Part shown: positions 25,001-37,830 of the stretch, piece by piece
Layout of the letters: each line of letters starts with the position of its first letter
Position numbering within the stretch: the stretch's first letter is position 1
Source: Lama glama
Lineage: Eukaryota
Reading direction: 5' to 3'
Assembly: GCA_028534125.1 (NCBI GenBank)
Contig: CM052845.1
Span: 6,510,001-6,574,000 of the forward strand
DNA: 64,000 nt
Notes under the pieces: model-generated
The model's database searches: none
Told to the model about the DNA's origin: nothing
What the model saw: the letters and a program-made list of their open reading frames with translations, nothing else
Translations under genes and position numbers: made by a program

Positions 25001-26719
25001 ACCCAGCAGTTAGCAGCGGACGGCCACTGGTGTTTGCGTCACTCACTCAAGGCGTCTGTGTCTGGTCTCCCAATTAATTCTAGACCCGCTTTTGTTTTAA
25101 CTGTGTCCCCTGCAGTCTCTAATCTTACGTCTTGATCCCTGCCCCTGACTCCTATGGATTGGACTCTGGGTCTTCCTCACCCAGGCAGATGGCTTTGATT
25201 CTCTGCTCTGCCTTGGGTGGAAGCTTGACGTCCTAACTCAAGTTTGCAGGTTACGTTCCCATCATTGGCCACTTGACCAGACTAGAACCTTGATGACAGC
25301 CACCCATTCAATGCGATGAATTGCTTTCTTCTCATGTTCTCTTTCATGTCCTCATATTTGTCCATGAAGCGTTGCTGACCATCCAGCTCTACATGCCATA
25401 ACATTTCAGGTGTGTGGAGGCGTGTTCTTTTTGATGCTAAAGGTGCAATACAGCAAATGCCAAGAAAACAATTATATAACCATTTTAGATTTTATTCTTT
25501 CATTCCTGATCATTGAGAATAAAAGCTTATTATCAAGACAGTAGTGCCTACTTACTTTAGCAGTTACTCTGTGCTCAGTATGTGTCCTCCAGAATAATCT
25601 TATTTGGTCCTTAATGGTTTAAAAACCTTTCGTGATTAATTGATTTCTCATTGATGTCCTGTTGGCACCAAAGAGTATATATTTATCTGAGAGAGTGTGC
25701 ACTGGCATTACATAATTAACTTTTAGGAATTTGACCAGAGAATGTGGTTTAGTACACTGAAAGCATTTATTTGGTGTGGTTTTTCCCAGTGGATGCTAGA
25801 AGATGGATTTTTTTGTATGCTATGCCGTTTTACATGTAAGAAGTCAAAATCACTGGGCCAAAAAATCATCAGTGTCTGGAACACTTTAGAAGTTCTGTAT
25901 TATGTATTGTGATATTGTCTTAATTCTTCTTTCTCAGTTATGGAAAAAACTTCTTTCTGGTTGGGTCTCCACCCACACGGGCAGGAAACAATGGATTACC
26001 ACATCCATCATTTCTGTCTGCACGTTATCATGTTTCAAAGGTTTCCCCGGTCAATCCTGAGGAAGCTGGAATCGCTCATAATTATACTCCTGCTATCCCG
26101 TCTTTATTTCTTGGTATGCTTGTTAACTCATGACCATCCTGCAGCAGTCTGTAACATGGTGCTGTTATCAGCTCTTAAGTCTTTAAAAGCCTCTGGTCTG
26201 CCATTTTGACTAAGATTGATTCATTGCACTTTGTTGGAATTGATCATGTTGGATTAAAAAAAAGTCTATCCTGTCTGTTTGTTCTGGCTACTTTTGCATG
26301 ATTTCACTTTTTTTTCCCTCAGTTAATCAATCTGCCAAGCTGGTTGCATTTCCCTTTTTGGCTTCCTTCTCCTTGCTCTTTTCTTTTTTAAGAACTGTCT
26401 TAACTCTTTATTTCTCTTTCCCCATCTTAGGCACCACCTCTGGGAAGAAAAGCCAGTTGCAGGAGGCAGTGGAATAAATTCCCCCCTTAGGATCAGGCTA
26501 GACACGCCTCCCATTTCCCTTTTGATAAAATGAAAGAGAAGGTCTCTCTCCTTAGGGTTCCTCTCCTGAACAGTTTCTTGGGTGAAAGCTTCGTGACTGG
26601 CTGCCTGGCATTTTGCAGACACTGTAATGTGCTTCTTACTTACGGCCTCAAACTCCTCTGTATTCTAATGTTACCAGGTGGACTCCAACATAAACACTGA
26701 TGTTCTTTTAAGTGGTACC

Positions 26720-26862
26720 TTCTTTTTATTTATTTATTTGGCGAGGGGGTGGGGTGGGTAATTAGGCTTGTTTATTTATTTAATGGAGGGACTAGGGATT
26801 GAACCCAGGACCGCGTACATGCTAAGCACGCGCTCTACCACTGAGCTATACCCTCTGCCCCC
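26720..26862 (-). mobile_element. tRNA-derived SINE, Vic-1-like, about 50 nt upstream of the exon 4 acceptor
   Basis: Full head and tail. TSD aacactga(tg/ca)ttcttt at 26693-26708 and 26863-26878. Confidence 0.92.
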
Positions 26863-26911
26863 AACACTGACATTCTTTTGGACAGACTCACATTTTCGTT
26901 TCTTCTCCTAG

Positions 26912-27747
26912 GTACTGACTTTAACATAGACAGCTTACCTCTGCCTCGGAAGGCCCGTCACGACTGGGCCCTGTTCCATGAGGAGTCTCCGAAAAACAAT
27001 TACAAGCTGTTTCACAAGCCAATCATCACCTTGTTCAACTACACCGCCACCTTCAGCCGGCATTCCCACTTGCCACTAACCACCCAGTACTTGGAGGGCG
27101 TGGAGGTCTTGAAGTCCCGCCGATACCTGGTGCCCTTGCAGTCCAAAAACCACCTGCGGACGAGACTTGCCCCGCTGGTGTACGTGCAGTCCGACTGCGA
27201 CCCGCCCTCGGACAGGGACAGCTACGTCCGCGAGCTGATGGCTTACATCGAGGTGGATTCCTACGGCGAGTGCCTGCGGAACAGAGACCTCCCTGAGCAG
27301 CTGGCGGACCCGGCCTCCATGGACGCCGACGGCTTTTACAGGATCCTTGCCCAGTACAAGTTCATCCTGGCTTTCGAGAACGCGGTGTGCGACGACTACA
27401 TCACCGAGAAGTTCTGGAGACCGCTGAAGCTGGGCGTGGTCCCCGTGTATCACGGCTCCCCCAGCATCGCGGACTGGCTGCCGAGTAGCAGAAGCGCTAT
27501 CCTGGTCTCGGCGTTCTCCCACCCCCGGGAGCTGGCCGGGTACATCAGGCAGCTGGACCGCGACGACGGCCGGTACGCGGCCTACATCGAGTGGAAGCTG
27601 AGGGGCGAGATCTCCAACCGGCGGCTCCTCGCGGCTCTCGCGGAGCGCACGTGGGGCGTGCACGACCTCAGCCAGGACAACCACATCGACGCCTTTGAGT
27701 GTATGGTGTGCACCAAGGTCTGGGACAACATCAGGCTCCAGGAGAAG
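26912..27747 (+). CDS. FUT10: FUT10 exon 4 (836 nt): GT10 catalytic core
   Basis: Acceptor tttcttctcctag|GT, donor AAG|GTGAGC (phase 0). Contains FHEESPKNNY, VQSDCDPPSDRD and the alpha-1,3-FucT motif YKFILAFENAVCDDYITEKFWRPL. Confidence 0.98.
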
Positions 27748-27891
27748 GTGAGCGAATCTGGGCCTGGCCGCCCTGATGGTCCCGCTGCTCTGCCACCGTC
27801 TGCTGCAGCTGCCGCCTCTCTGCTCCTCATTTCTGTCCGAGAGGCCAGGCTCGGCAGAAGGTTGAATATTCCTGTTTTTTTTTAAAAGCTG

Positions 27892-28022
27892 TTTTTTTGG
27901 TGGGGGGCGGGGGAGTGGGTAATTAGATTCATTTATTTATTTTTAATGACAGTACTGGGAATTGAACCCAGGACCTCATGCATGCTAAGCACACACTGTA
28001 CCACTGAGCTATACCCTCCCCC
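27892..28022 (-). mobile_element. tRNA-derived SINE, Vic-1-like, about 145 nt downstream of exon 4
   Basis: ggtaattagattc...attgaacccaggacctcatgcatgctaagc...ccactgagctataccctccccc. Confidence 0.9.
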
Positions 28023-28179
28023 ACATGCGTTCTTTTCTATTGAAGTATAGTCAGAATATACGATATTGTGCAAAAAGCATTTATTGATGAATGATCCTAA
28101 CCTCAAAGAGGCTGTAATAGGGAGACAACATGTAATAACCAGAAATAAAACTTTACAGAATTGGGATTAAACCTTAAAA

Positions 28180-30110
28180 AAAATTAGCTTTACTGAGGTA
28201 TAATTGACGTACAGTAAATTGCATGTGTGTAAAGTATACAATTTGATTACATCATCACAGTCAGGAGGACAAAGATTTCTGTCCTTCCGCAAAAGTTCCC
28301 TCTTGTCCGTTTGTAATTCCTCCCTTCTCCACTCCCTGCTTCAGGCACCACTTATCCGCTTTTTGTCACTCATGACAAAGAAGCCAAAGCAGTTTTCTAG
28401 AATTTTATGTACATGGAATCAGGGAATGTATATTCTTTTGTGTTCTAGCTTTCTTCACTCGCCACGATAATAATGATGTTTGTCTACAACGTGGTGTGTA
28501 TCAATAGTCTGTTTCTCATTATTGCTGAAGTTTGGGTATACCGAAATTTGCTTATCCATCCACCCGCTTCCAGTTTCTAACTGTTACAAATGGGGCTGCC
28601 ATGAACATTCATGTACAGAGCTTTGTGTGGATAGATGTTTCATTCCTTTTCCGTAAATACGTAGGAGTGGAATGGCTAGGTCATAGGGTAGATGCACATT
28701 CAGCAGTTTGAGAAACTACCAGATTGTTTTCCAGAGTTGTTCCATCTTACATTCCTGCCAGCACTGAATGGGAGTTGCACTCATTAACAATTGGTGTTAG
28801 CCAGTCTTCTTACTTTTGCCTTTCTAGTGGGTGTATAGTTGTATCTCACTGCAGTTTAATTTACATTTTCTTAATAACTAATCATGTTGAATATCTTTTA
28901 ATGGCATATATGCCATCAGTATCTTCTTTGGTGAAATATCTCTTTAAGTCTTCTGCTCATTAAAAAACGATTGGGTTGTTTGTCTTGTTATTCTTGAGTT
29001 GTAAGAATTCTTTATATACCTTGAATACAAGTCATTTTGTCAATTAGAAAAGTAACAAATGTTTTCTTTCAGTCTGTGGGTTTTCTTTTCATTTTCTTAA
29101 CAGTGTCTTATGAAGTGTGAAGTTTTTAATTTTGATGAAGTCTGGCTCATAAATTTCTTCCTTTATCGTTTGTGCTTTTTCTGTCTTGTTTAAAAAAAAT
29201 CTTTGTTGAACCCATGGTCACTAAGATTTGCTTCTGTTTTCTTCTAGAAATTTTGCAGTTTTAACTTTTACATTTAGGTCTATGATCCACTTAGAGTTAA
29301 TTTTTGTAATGTGATACGATGTAAGAGTGGAGGTTTGTCTATTTGGATAGCCAGTTGTAACAGCCCCATTTGCTAAAAGATTATTCTTTCCTCACTGAAT
29401 TACCTTGGCTTCTTTTTTAAAAAAATCAATTGGCCATATGTGCACGGGTCCTTTCTGGGCTGACCAGTGTGTCTGTATTTGAGTACTGTTGCCTTACACG
29501 AAGTCCTGAAATGAGGTAGTGTCAGTCTTCCAGCTTTTTCTTTTTCAAACTTATTTTCACTATTTTAGTTCTTTTGCTTTTCCACATAAATTTTAGATTC
29601 AGTTTGTCAATTTCTACAAAAAAAAAATCCTTGATGGGATTTTCATTTCTTTGGGATTGAATCTATATACCAATCTGGAGAGAACTGAGAACAATATTGA
29701 GACATTTAATCCATAAGCATGATATATCTGTCCATTTATTTAGGTCTTCTTTAGTTTCTCTAAACAGTATTTTGTAGTTTCTGGTGTACAGATTTTATAA
29801 TTTATTGGTCAGGTTTATCCCTAAGAGGTTCATAGTTTTTGATACTACAGTAAGTGGTATTTAAAAAAAACCCTGTATATTCTGATTTTTTTATTGCTAG
29901 TATATAGAAATAAAATTGATTTTCTATGTTGACCTCGTATACTGCCACCTTGTTAAACTCACTGATTAGTTCTAGTATCTTTTTTGTAGATTTCTTAGGA
30001 TTTTTCTATGTAAATGATTGTGTCATTTACAAATAAAGACAATTTTACTCATCCCCTGCCCCCCCTCAATCTATCTTTGCTCTCCCTTCTTCCCCTACTG
30101 CACTGTCTAA
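28180..30110 (-). mobile_element. L1M (MB/MC-type) 3'UTR plus ORF2 remnant
   Basis: About 1.9 kb of continuous T-rich antisense L1 sequence (ttacatttaggtctatgatcca, cagtttgtcaatttctacaaaaa, ccatttatttaggtcttcttta). Confidence 0.85.
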
Positions 30111-30149
30111 TCTTACTATATGATGGGCCCCCTCAGCCCTACCCCCCAC

Positions 30150-30293
30150 CCCCAATTTAATTTACCTTTCTGACTCCTGACTAAAACAAGGTAAATCATG
30201 GCAGACGGTGGGGGATTATCGTGAACTTAACTTGACAGTGGATCTAATGGCAGCTGCCTTGCTGAATTTGGTACCTAAAGAGCAGATCAAAAC
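30150..30293 (+). mobile_element. ERV-L pol (reverse transcriptase) relic
   Basis: Translates to QFNLPF*LLTKT / SWQTVGDYRELNLTVDLMAAALLNLVPKEQI, resembling the recalled ERV-L [48 protein letters not shown]. Confidence 0.75.
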
Positions 30294-30304
30294 TGTTTCA
30301 GTCA

Positions 30305-30749
30305 ACTTTTTATGTTAATATCCATCAACAGGCATCTCTGTCTCATTTACAGTAAACTGTCAGCATATGTAAGTTTTTAAAAGCCATTCAACAAACTATT
30401 AGGACTGGCTGTGGGCATACTTGCCAGAACGTTGAGTTCTATATCATAGGTGAATCCCTCCAGATCCATAAAGGCCTGTTTCGCTTATATTCCGCCCACC
30501 TGGTCCAACCCCCTCAAGATACACTCCTACATGTGCTCCAGTTCTTGCCAGTACATCTTTGCCAGGTCCTCCAGGTCCTCGTTTGGCATTTAAGCTATTT
30601 CCTCTCTGAGCAGGGACTCTCCTTTTCTCACGTATGTGATGATAAAACAGATGATAGGCTTATTAATTTCATTGGTGATTTACTACCAGCAGTGGGACCT
30701 CATTGTCATCAGGTGAGTCATACTTTCTGGGGTCGCTTCTGGTACCAAC
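30305..30749 (-). mobile_element. ERV-L internal relic: PBS plus deleted gag
   Basis: Minus strand tggtaccagaagcgaccc (30730-30747) next to the LTR end. Gag-like peptides EDLAKMYWQELEHM*ECILRGLDQ, AFMDLEGFTYDIELNVLA..PNSLL and TVNETEMP. Confidence 0.75.
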
Positions 30750-31252
30750 TGTCTTAAGCTGGTTTCCACAGGAAATGGACATGGAAGGTGAGGCACTTAT
30801 GCTTTGATTTTATTGGGGAGTGCAGCCCTAGAAAGGGGGTGGGAGGGACAGGTGAGTAAAGCAGTGAAGGGGCGAGAGCCAGTGTGAGGATGTACTGAGC
30901 TGCGTGCCTCCAAGTGGGATGTATTGGTTAATTCTTGGGACTCCACCTCTGAGAAGCATATATGTATCTCAGGACCATTCCTTTAGCGCGAGGAGGGGAG
31001 AGAATTTATCCATTGGCTCCAATCTCCCGTTGATCAAGTTTGCCCCCTGGGCTTAACTCTTTCTCACTTCCAGGTTGTGCATGTGTGATATGGATGCTCA
31101 ATAGAGTTTCACAGGCTTGGCTAAATCTCAGGAAAGGAAGTGGGGGTCACATGGGAGGAGGTGAGGCACACGGTTGGAGCGCTGCACAGCTGGAACAAGA
31201 GACAGCTGAGGTTGAGAGGTTCAGGTACAGAAGAGGTGTCAGCTGGAGTACA
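30750..31252 (-). mobile_element. ERV-L LTR (LTR33/LTR16-like), 5' LTR of the relic
   Basis: TG...CA bounded, about 500 bp (tgtcttaagctgg...gagtaca). Minus-strand AATAAA near 30810, PBS adjacent. Confidence 0.7.
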
Positions 31253-32389
31253 GTGCCCTGGCCTCACCTATGTCCACTCTCCCCTAGTCTATAGACCCCT
31301 GTTCAACTTTCTTTGGAGGATGCACCTCAGATCTTGCTGGGGTAGGGAGCTTCAGTTTCCTGTTTGTGCTGAGTGATGAGCTGGGGCTTTAATTGCTTCT
31401 TACCAAAAATGGCAAGCAACTCTTCTGTTTTTAGCCCCATCTTTATACTAATTTCCAGAGAGTCTTTATGCCACCAAATTCCTGAATGTCTTGGGGACTC
31501 TGGGCTCTGCATTATACATTGAGTTCCTTTATTGCCTCCCCACTGCTTTTTAGAACTCAGCTTTCTCAGGGTCTACCATCAAGTTAAGTTCATGATAATC
31601 CCTCACTGTTTGCCCCCCATCTGTTAACTCTGAAACTTCCAAAAATGTGTTGTCGTTGTCTCTCTTATTTTGTTTGTCCCTGTAAATTTGTGCTTTATTA
31701 AAAAATTCCTCACTGTCATTTTAGTGATGGTACTAAATCACTACAAGAAATAATAACCTTAAGTTACCAAACGGACACTTGCCAGGAGAGAAAGGGCTAC
31801 TCTACAGTTTTTTTGGGAACACACTTTTATCTAATATCTAGTAAGTATAAGACCTATTCTTCCTATATGATAAATGTCAGCAGTTAAAAGTCACCCCACA
31901 GACATATCTCAGGTCAAAATTTTTCTTCATAAAGATTAAACATGATGTTGTATGTAGTTTGATCTTTTGAAGTTAGAATTATAAATAAGGTATGAAAATG
32001 GAGAGGATTTCTAAGAAAAAGGAAAGATTCAGCATGCCATGATTCTAAAAGGCAAGGCAATTTAGAGTTTTCCTATTTGTATCTAAAATAAACAAAGCAG
32101 ACAGTCTGTCTGTAGGTTAATAGAATTTACTTGGTAGCCAGAGGTATGTGTAGTAATTTCTCATTCTTTTTATATTTTAAATTGAAGATTTAAAGGATCA
32201 TTTCCAACCTGGTGATTATCAGCTGCCTCATGTTTTCTCTATGTAAGTCATTCATTTCCTTATTTTGATTTTTCTTCTCTTACCTTCTTGAAGTGGTGGT
32301 CTGAGAATCATAGAATGTCAGGGTTGAAATAGCTCGGAGATCACCTAATTCAATATCCCTTCAGCTGCTGAATCCTACCATTTCCATTT

Positions 32390-33830
32390 GACTCTTGTTT
32401 TCTGTTACATCTTTCTGTTGAAGTTCCCCTTATGTATGTTGTCTATCTTTTCCACTATATTCTTTGACATATTACTGATAGTTATTTTAAAGTTCCTGCC
32501 TGATGGTTCCAACATTTGTGTCATCTTTGAGTCTGGTTCTGTTGATTGCTTTATCTCTTGACAGTTTCTTAAAAAAGTATGTCTCATGATTTTTGATTGG
32601 TCGCTGGACATCATGTCTAGAAGTACACAGACTGAGGTAAATACCATTTATGTTCAGAAATGGGCATTTCTTTTTTTCTCTGTTGGGCTGTTAATGTGTG
32701 TGGGTTAAGCTGGTCTAGTCAGGGGTAGAGCTGAGTTTGGGTTTGTGTTGCTACTATTATCTTTAGTGTGCCACAGCTTCAAATCTTTCCAGTCGTAATA
32801 ATTATTTGGTAACTAAGCACTATTACATGTGCTTACAGTGGGACCTGGGGCTAAATAGTCTCTCTCAGCATTTTTCCTGCACCCTCAGCTTCGGTGGTTC
32901 CTACATTGCTGTGTCACAGAGGAGGTCTCCCTGTTCTTGCTCCTCCATCAGCAGGAAACTGCAGTTGCTTGTGACTTAGCTGTGGGCTCAGGGTTTGGGC
33001 AGGGTGGGTTCTTTGTTGTCTTGGCAGCCTTAGGCTTCGACAGGCTTTGCATTCCTGGACCTCAGCAGTGAAGTTTTCTCAGTTCCTGCCTCTCCTTCAT
33101 ACAGCAGCCAAACTCTGCCTTGTATCTGCAGTTGGTTTGGATGGGAAAGAGTTACATGTCCCTCCCAGGGTAGGTGGCTTCTGGTATCACTGTAGGATCC
33201 ACAGCCCCAGATGATTCCCTGCTTCCCCTGAACCGTTAGATAGATGTTTTGCCTCGGGGAAGGGTAGATTTTCTCCTTGGATCTGGGGACAGAAGGTTTG
33301 TACTGCTTCCTCAGTGGCTTAAGGCTTTTTCTCTTTATGAGGGAAGGATCTGGGGAGGTGGAATGGGCTTCCTGAGTGTCCCCTGCAGTAGTTGGCCACC
33401 CTCCCTGCACTCAGCCAAGGAGCAGGGCTATTTCCAGTCTCCTGCCCCAGCCCCAGTCTTCTTCTGGGCATCTGATGGAGGTCCATGGAAAAGAGCTTTT
33501 TCAGTGAATTCGAACTCTTCTGTTATGCCTAGGGCTTCCACCTATTCCAAGCTGACAAGGTAGCCCATACCTTAAGGATTTGATAAAAGTTTAGTTGATC
33601 CCTTGTTACCTACTTGTGTGGTGGTCACCCCCTTCTCCTGTGTTCTACCAAAAGTGAAATAGATCCTGTATCCATCTTTCCCTGGAGAGGCTTCTCACTG
33701 TGGAATTCAGTTTTCTTTGTTGCTGTGCGATCTCAGTTCCCCGACGGACTCAAGAAAAGTTATGAATTTGTAGATTATCTGACTTTTTCCTTATTGTTAA
33801 CATAGGAGCCATATTCTCCTTGGAAGCAAA
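32390..33830 (-). mobile_element. Old L1M 5'/ORF1-region fragment
   Basis: atagttattttaaagttcctgcctgatggttccaacatttgtgtcatctttgagtctggttctgttgattgc. The minus-strand ORF resembles ORF1p. Confidence 0.7.
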
Positions 33831-35069
33831 ATATTTAATTGTTCTTTAGAAACAGTGTGTTTCTCTGCCCAGGACCTCAGCTGGAAAGGCAATTTGGGAT
33901 GCTGAAAGTTAGTTACTTCTAAACATGTCATAACTATTTCATCAGACACACTTCCTTCAGGTCATACTGTGGACTATTTCTGGAAGAACACTAGAGTTAA
34001 AAGAGTCCATTTCACAAAATTCTTTTCTCTATGATGTCACCTCAGATGGAACTTAATCCTACACTGTTAAAAGAACTCTTGAGTGGGCAGACAAGGAAAG
34101 AGAGCATTATTACTGACTTTCTCATATGGACAGTTATGCAAGGTCAAGGTTGGGAAGCTCCTTGAAGATTATGTGGTCAGTACAACTTCCAGCTGACTGG
34201 TGATTCAAGTATCATGAACAAGTCATCAACTAATTTATGTTGGAACATTTCTAAGTGCTGGTGATTTTATTAGTTTTCAGGGGAGAAGACTTTATCTTTT
34301 GTTAGTTTCGACAGTTATATTGGTCTTTATATTGAACACAGACTTCCATAGTTCATTCTTAGCTACCTGCTTCTGACTGTAGTTCAGTGGGATACAGCCT
34401 TACATCTGTACCTGTCAGTCAATAAAAGTGCGCAATGTCCTCTCCAGAGTTGTTTTGCGGTAATTGCTTTGGGCCCACTTTATTTGGCTCTGCTCGTGCT
34501 CCAAATACACTCGTTACTCAGCCATGAACTTTGACTACAGTAACCCCAGTTTTGAACCTGCCTCTGGTGCTTTGAACTTTGGGTTGGTATTTAGAATTCC
34601 CAGATCTTAAGTCTTAAAATTTCCTGATGGTTTGGATTTATGTTCAGGCTTTTTTTTTTTTTTTGCTCAATTTTGTCTTGGTAAAGAACCCCTAACTCTG
34701 GTTCCAGTCTGTTGAAAGCCAAACTCCATGATTATCTGTCAGTGGTTCCCAAGAGAAGGGAGGATTTGGGCAATTCCATCCTTCATGCTCTACCAAGCAA
34801 GTTAGTTCACTCTTCCAACTATAGTCACTTCAGATGCTTCAAAAGAAGCTTTATGTTCTTTCAAAGTCATCTCTTTTTCAGGCTAACCACCCCTAGTATC
34901 TTCTCATATATTTCCTTTGGGAGTTTTAAGGAAGAGAGGATATGCTTATCCAACCATAGGTAAGCACCCAAATTATTATATTTCAGATTGGTCTTTCTGC
35001 TCTGCTTTCTGAATTTGGTATGAATGAAGATTCTAATCATTACCTAACACATTATAAATCCTACTATCT

Positions 35070-37830
35070 TCACATAACATTTTTTTTTTAGAAAAAGAAA
35101 TATATGCACATAGGTTAAAGCATCAAGTAGCTCTGCAAAGTTGGTTAAAAAAGAAACCAAACCAAAACCAGTCTTCCACTTCTTTCCCCTTTGTCCTTGC
35201 CCAGAAGCAGCCACCTATCACCATACTTAGCTTATTATTTTGGTTTCTGAATCAATATTTCTAAACACATGCTTATACACTAAATTTTTGATATTGGGTG
35301 TTCATGTGACCATGATTATGTAACCTATTCAGAGACGAGCCATGTGGTCTGCTGTGGTTTGTTTCCCTTGCCTGTACAGTGTTTTGTTTCCCTCTAGTTA
35401 ATAATTATCTTCTTATTTGATTATTTTTATATTTGTAAATCACTAATTCAATCCTTGTTCTGTCTTTTTCTCTTGTGTGTTGGCACTTCTGTTTCCTGTA
35501 TGCCTTGTTTGGGTTGAAGCTAACCCTCTTCTAGCTTCCTGAGAGGGTGGAAGGGGGATGTCTGAAATGTCTTCATTTTACTCTAACATTTAAGCTATAG
35601 TTTAGCTGAAAGTAAACGACTACAGTGGATGTCAGCTTTTCTCAGAATTTTGAAGGCATTTTGCTATTGCCTTTAAAAAAACACGTTTAATTTTGAAATG
35701 ACTTTAGATTGACGAAAGAGTTAACAAAGACAGTACAGAGTTCCCAGATAGTTTTCACCTGGCTTTCCCTAATGTTAATGTTTTCCATGACTGTGGCACA
35801 ACTGTCAACACTGAGAAATTCATATTGACTGTTAATACTGCTATTAACTGAACCACAGACTGTAGTCAGATTTCCCCAGCTTCTCCACTAATATCCTTTG
35901 TCTGTTCCAGGATCAGATCCAAGACACCAGATTGTAGTCATCATGTCTGCTTGGTCTCCTCCAGTCTGTGGCAGTTGTTCAGCCTTTCCTTATTTTTAAT
36001 AACTTTGACACTTTTGAAGAGGACTGGTTAGTGTTTTGCAGAATGCCCCTCAGTAGAATTTGTCAGATGTTTTCTCATGTTAAGACTTGGGTTTTGGATT
36101 TGGTAATACTGCAGGGCTGAAGAGGGTCTTCTCACTGTATCGTATCAGGGGATGAATGATATCAACATGACGTATAACTGGTGATGTTAACCTTGGTCCC
36201 TTGCTTAAGGTGGTATCTGCCCGATTTTTCCGCCATGAAGTTGCTAATTTTCTCTTTCCACTAAGTGAGTCGCTTGAATCCACACTCAAAGTGAGGAGAG
36301 TTAAGCATCACCTTCTTGAGGGAAGAGTAGAAAATAATCTGTGGACATGTTAAAACCACCACAATAATTAATAAATATTTGCGGGGGGGAAGATATTTTG
36401 AGGCTATGCAAATATCCCTTTTCTCCTTAAAGTTTTACTTGCTAATGTTAGTCACCATTGCTTTTTAACATCTAGTGTCATTGTCTGGAAATCCAAAACC
36501 ATCCTAACTTCTGACCCCCAGAATTGATCGTACCCTCTCAGGAAGGCTGTAGAATCTCTCCCTTTCTCCTGTGTTCTGAAACTTCATAAAAGAGACTGTT
36601 TTTGTCGTGCTGAGCTCTCAGTGGGCCCTGTCTATCTGAAACTTGGGTCCTTTAATCTGGGGAGAAGATTTAAAATTATTTCCTTGGGTATTTCTTTCCT
36701 TTGCTCTTTCTTTTCTGAAACTCTTGGTATTAGTAGATTGGTCCTCTGAGATTGGTCCTCTAGTGTTAAAGAAACAGTCCAGGAGGTTCCAATATGCAGA
36801 TGCTTTTTCCGTTTCTTTTCCTTTTTCTACTAATTCATGGAATATATCTCGACTTTGTCTTTCAGCCCTTCTAGTGATTGTTTCATTTTTGCTAATATTT
36901 ATCTTCTAAGATCTTTCTTTTGTTGTTGTTCTCTTAATATTTGCTTTTCTGGCATCTGATTATTTCATTGGTTTTCTTTTATCTCTTAAAATTTTTCTTT
37001 CTTTGTCTCTGTCTTTCATGTTGGTAACTTTTCTCAGATGATTTGTGACCTTGGTAACCTGCTCATGCTAGGGTGGTTTGATTGGCAGCTCTGAGAATGA
37101 GTGGGGCATACAGGCTGTAAGCTTCATTTCAGGGTGATTTGGCTAGGTGATTTCCTTAGGGAATTCTGAGTTATGTCCTCCTGGACATAACATATTTCCC
37201 AGTGACGGACTCTTCATTTTCCTGCTTGTGTTGTAAGGCTTGACTATCAGCATTCTGATAATGGATCGCAGGAAGCAGGCAGGAGGGTCTGAGTATCTGA
37301 CGCTCGTATATCCCTGAATCCTGTTCATGGTATCACACTACTGCCCTCAGCTTCACCTCATGTTCCCAGATCAGAGATCTTTATTTCACTTCTCCAGAGA
37401 ATGCACATCTAGTCTTTTGTCAGGTAAGGGAGACACCTGGCCTTGAGGAGTCGAAAAAGGAATCTGAGTTTCTGACTGCTTTGTAAACACTTTCTCTTAA
37501 TCCTTCTTTATCTCTTGCCCTCTGTCCCACTTCCAGAAGTATCTGTTGCCTCCTGAGCCTTCCAGGTTCTGCAGTCCAGAGCAGGCTGCTTCTCAGCTCA
37601 TTCTCCTGCTGCCTCACAATTCAGGTTTTGTTTTGTTTTTAATTTGATAAGTGATTTCACTGTTTTCCCTTCTGCTTTCCAGTCTCTGACATTTTCTTAC
37701 TCTTCTGCCCTCATCCATTCTTCCATTTCTTATAGGTTAATATCTTTTAAAAATGATTTTTTATTCTCATAGTAATGGCATTTCAGGAAAAAATGAAATT
37801 AGGTGTGTGTGTTCAAGCTGCCATTTGGAA
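35070..37830 (-). mobile_element. Composite old LINE block (HAL1/L1ME-like) with a nested L1MC 3' end at about 35670-36450
   Basis: L1MC motifs (ttttgaaatgactttagatt, tctgttccaggatcagatccaagac, ggtgatgttaaccttggtcccttgcttaaggtgg) interrupt a continuous older element. Confidence 0.65.

Noticed and set aside
27076-27684. 202-aa antisense ORF over exon 4
   Set aside because: Shadow ORF: very high GC3 on the sense strand removes antisense stops. No recognisable domain.
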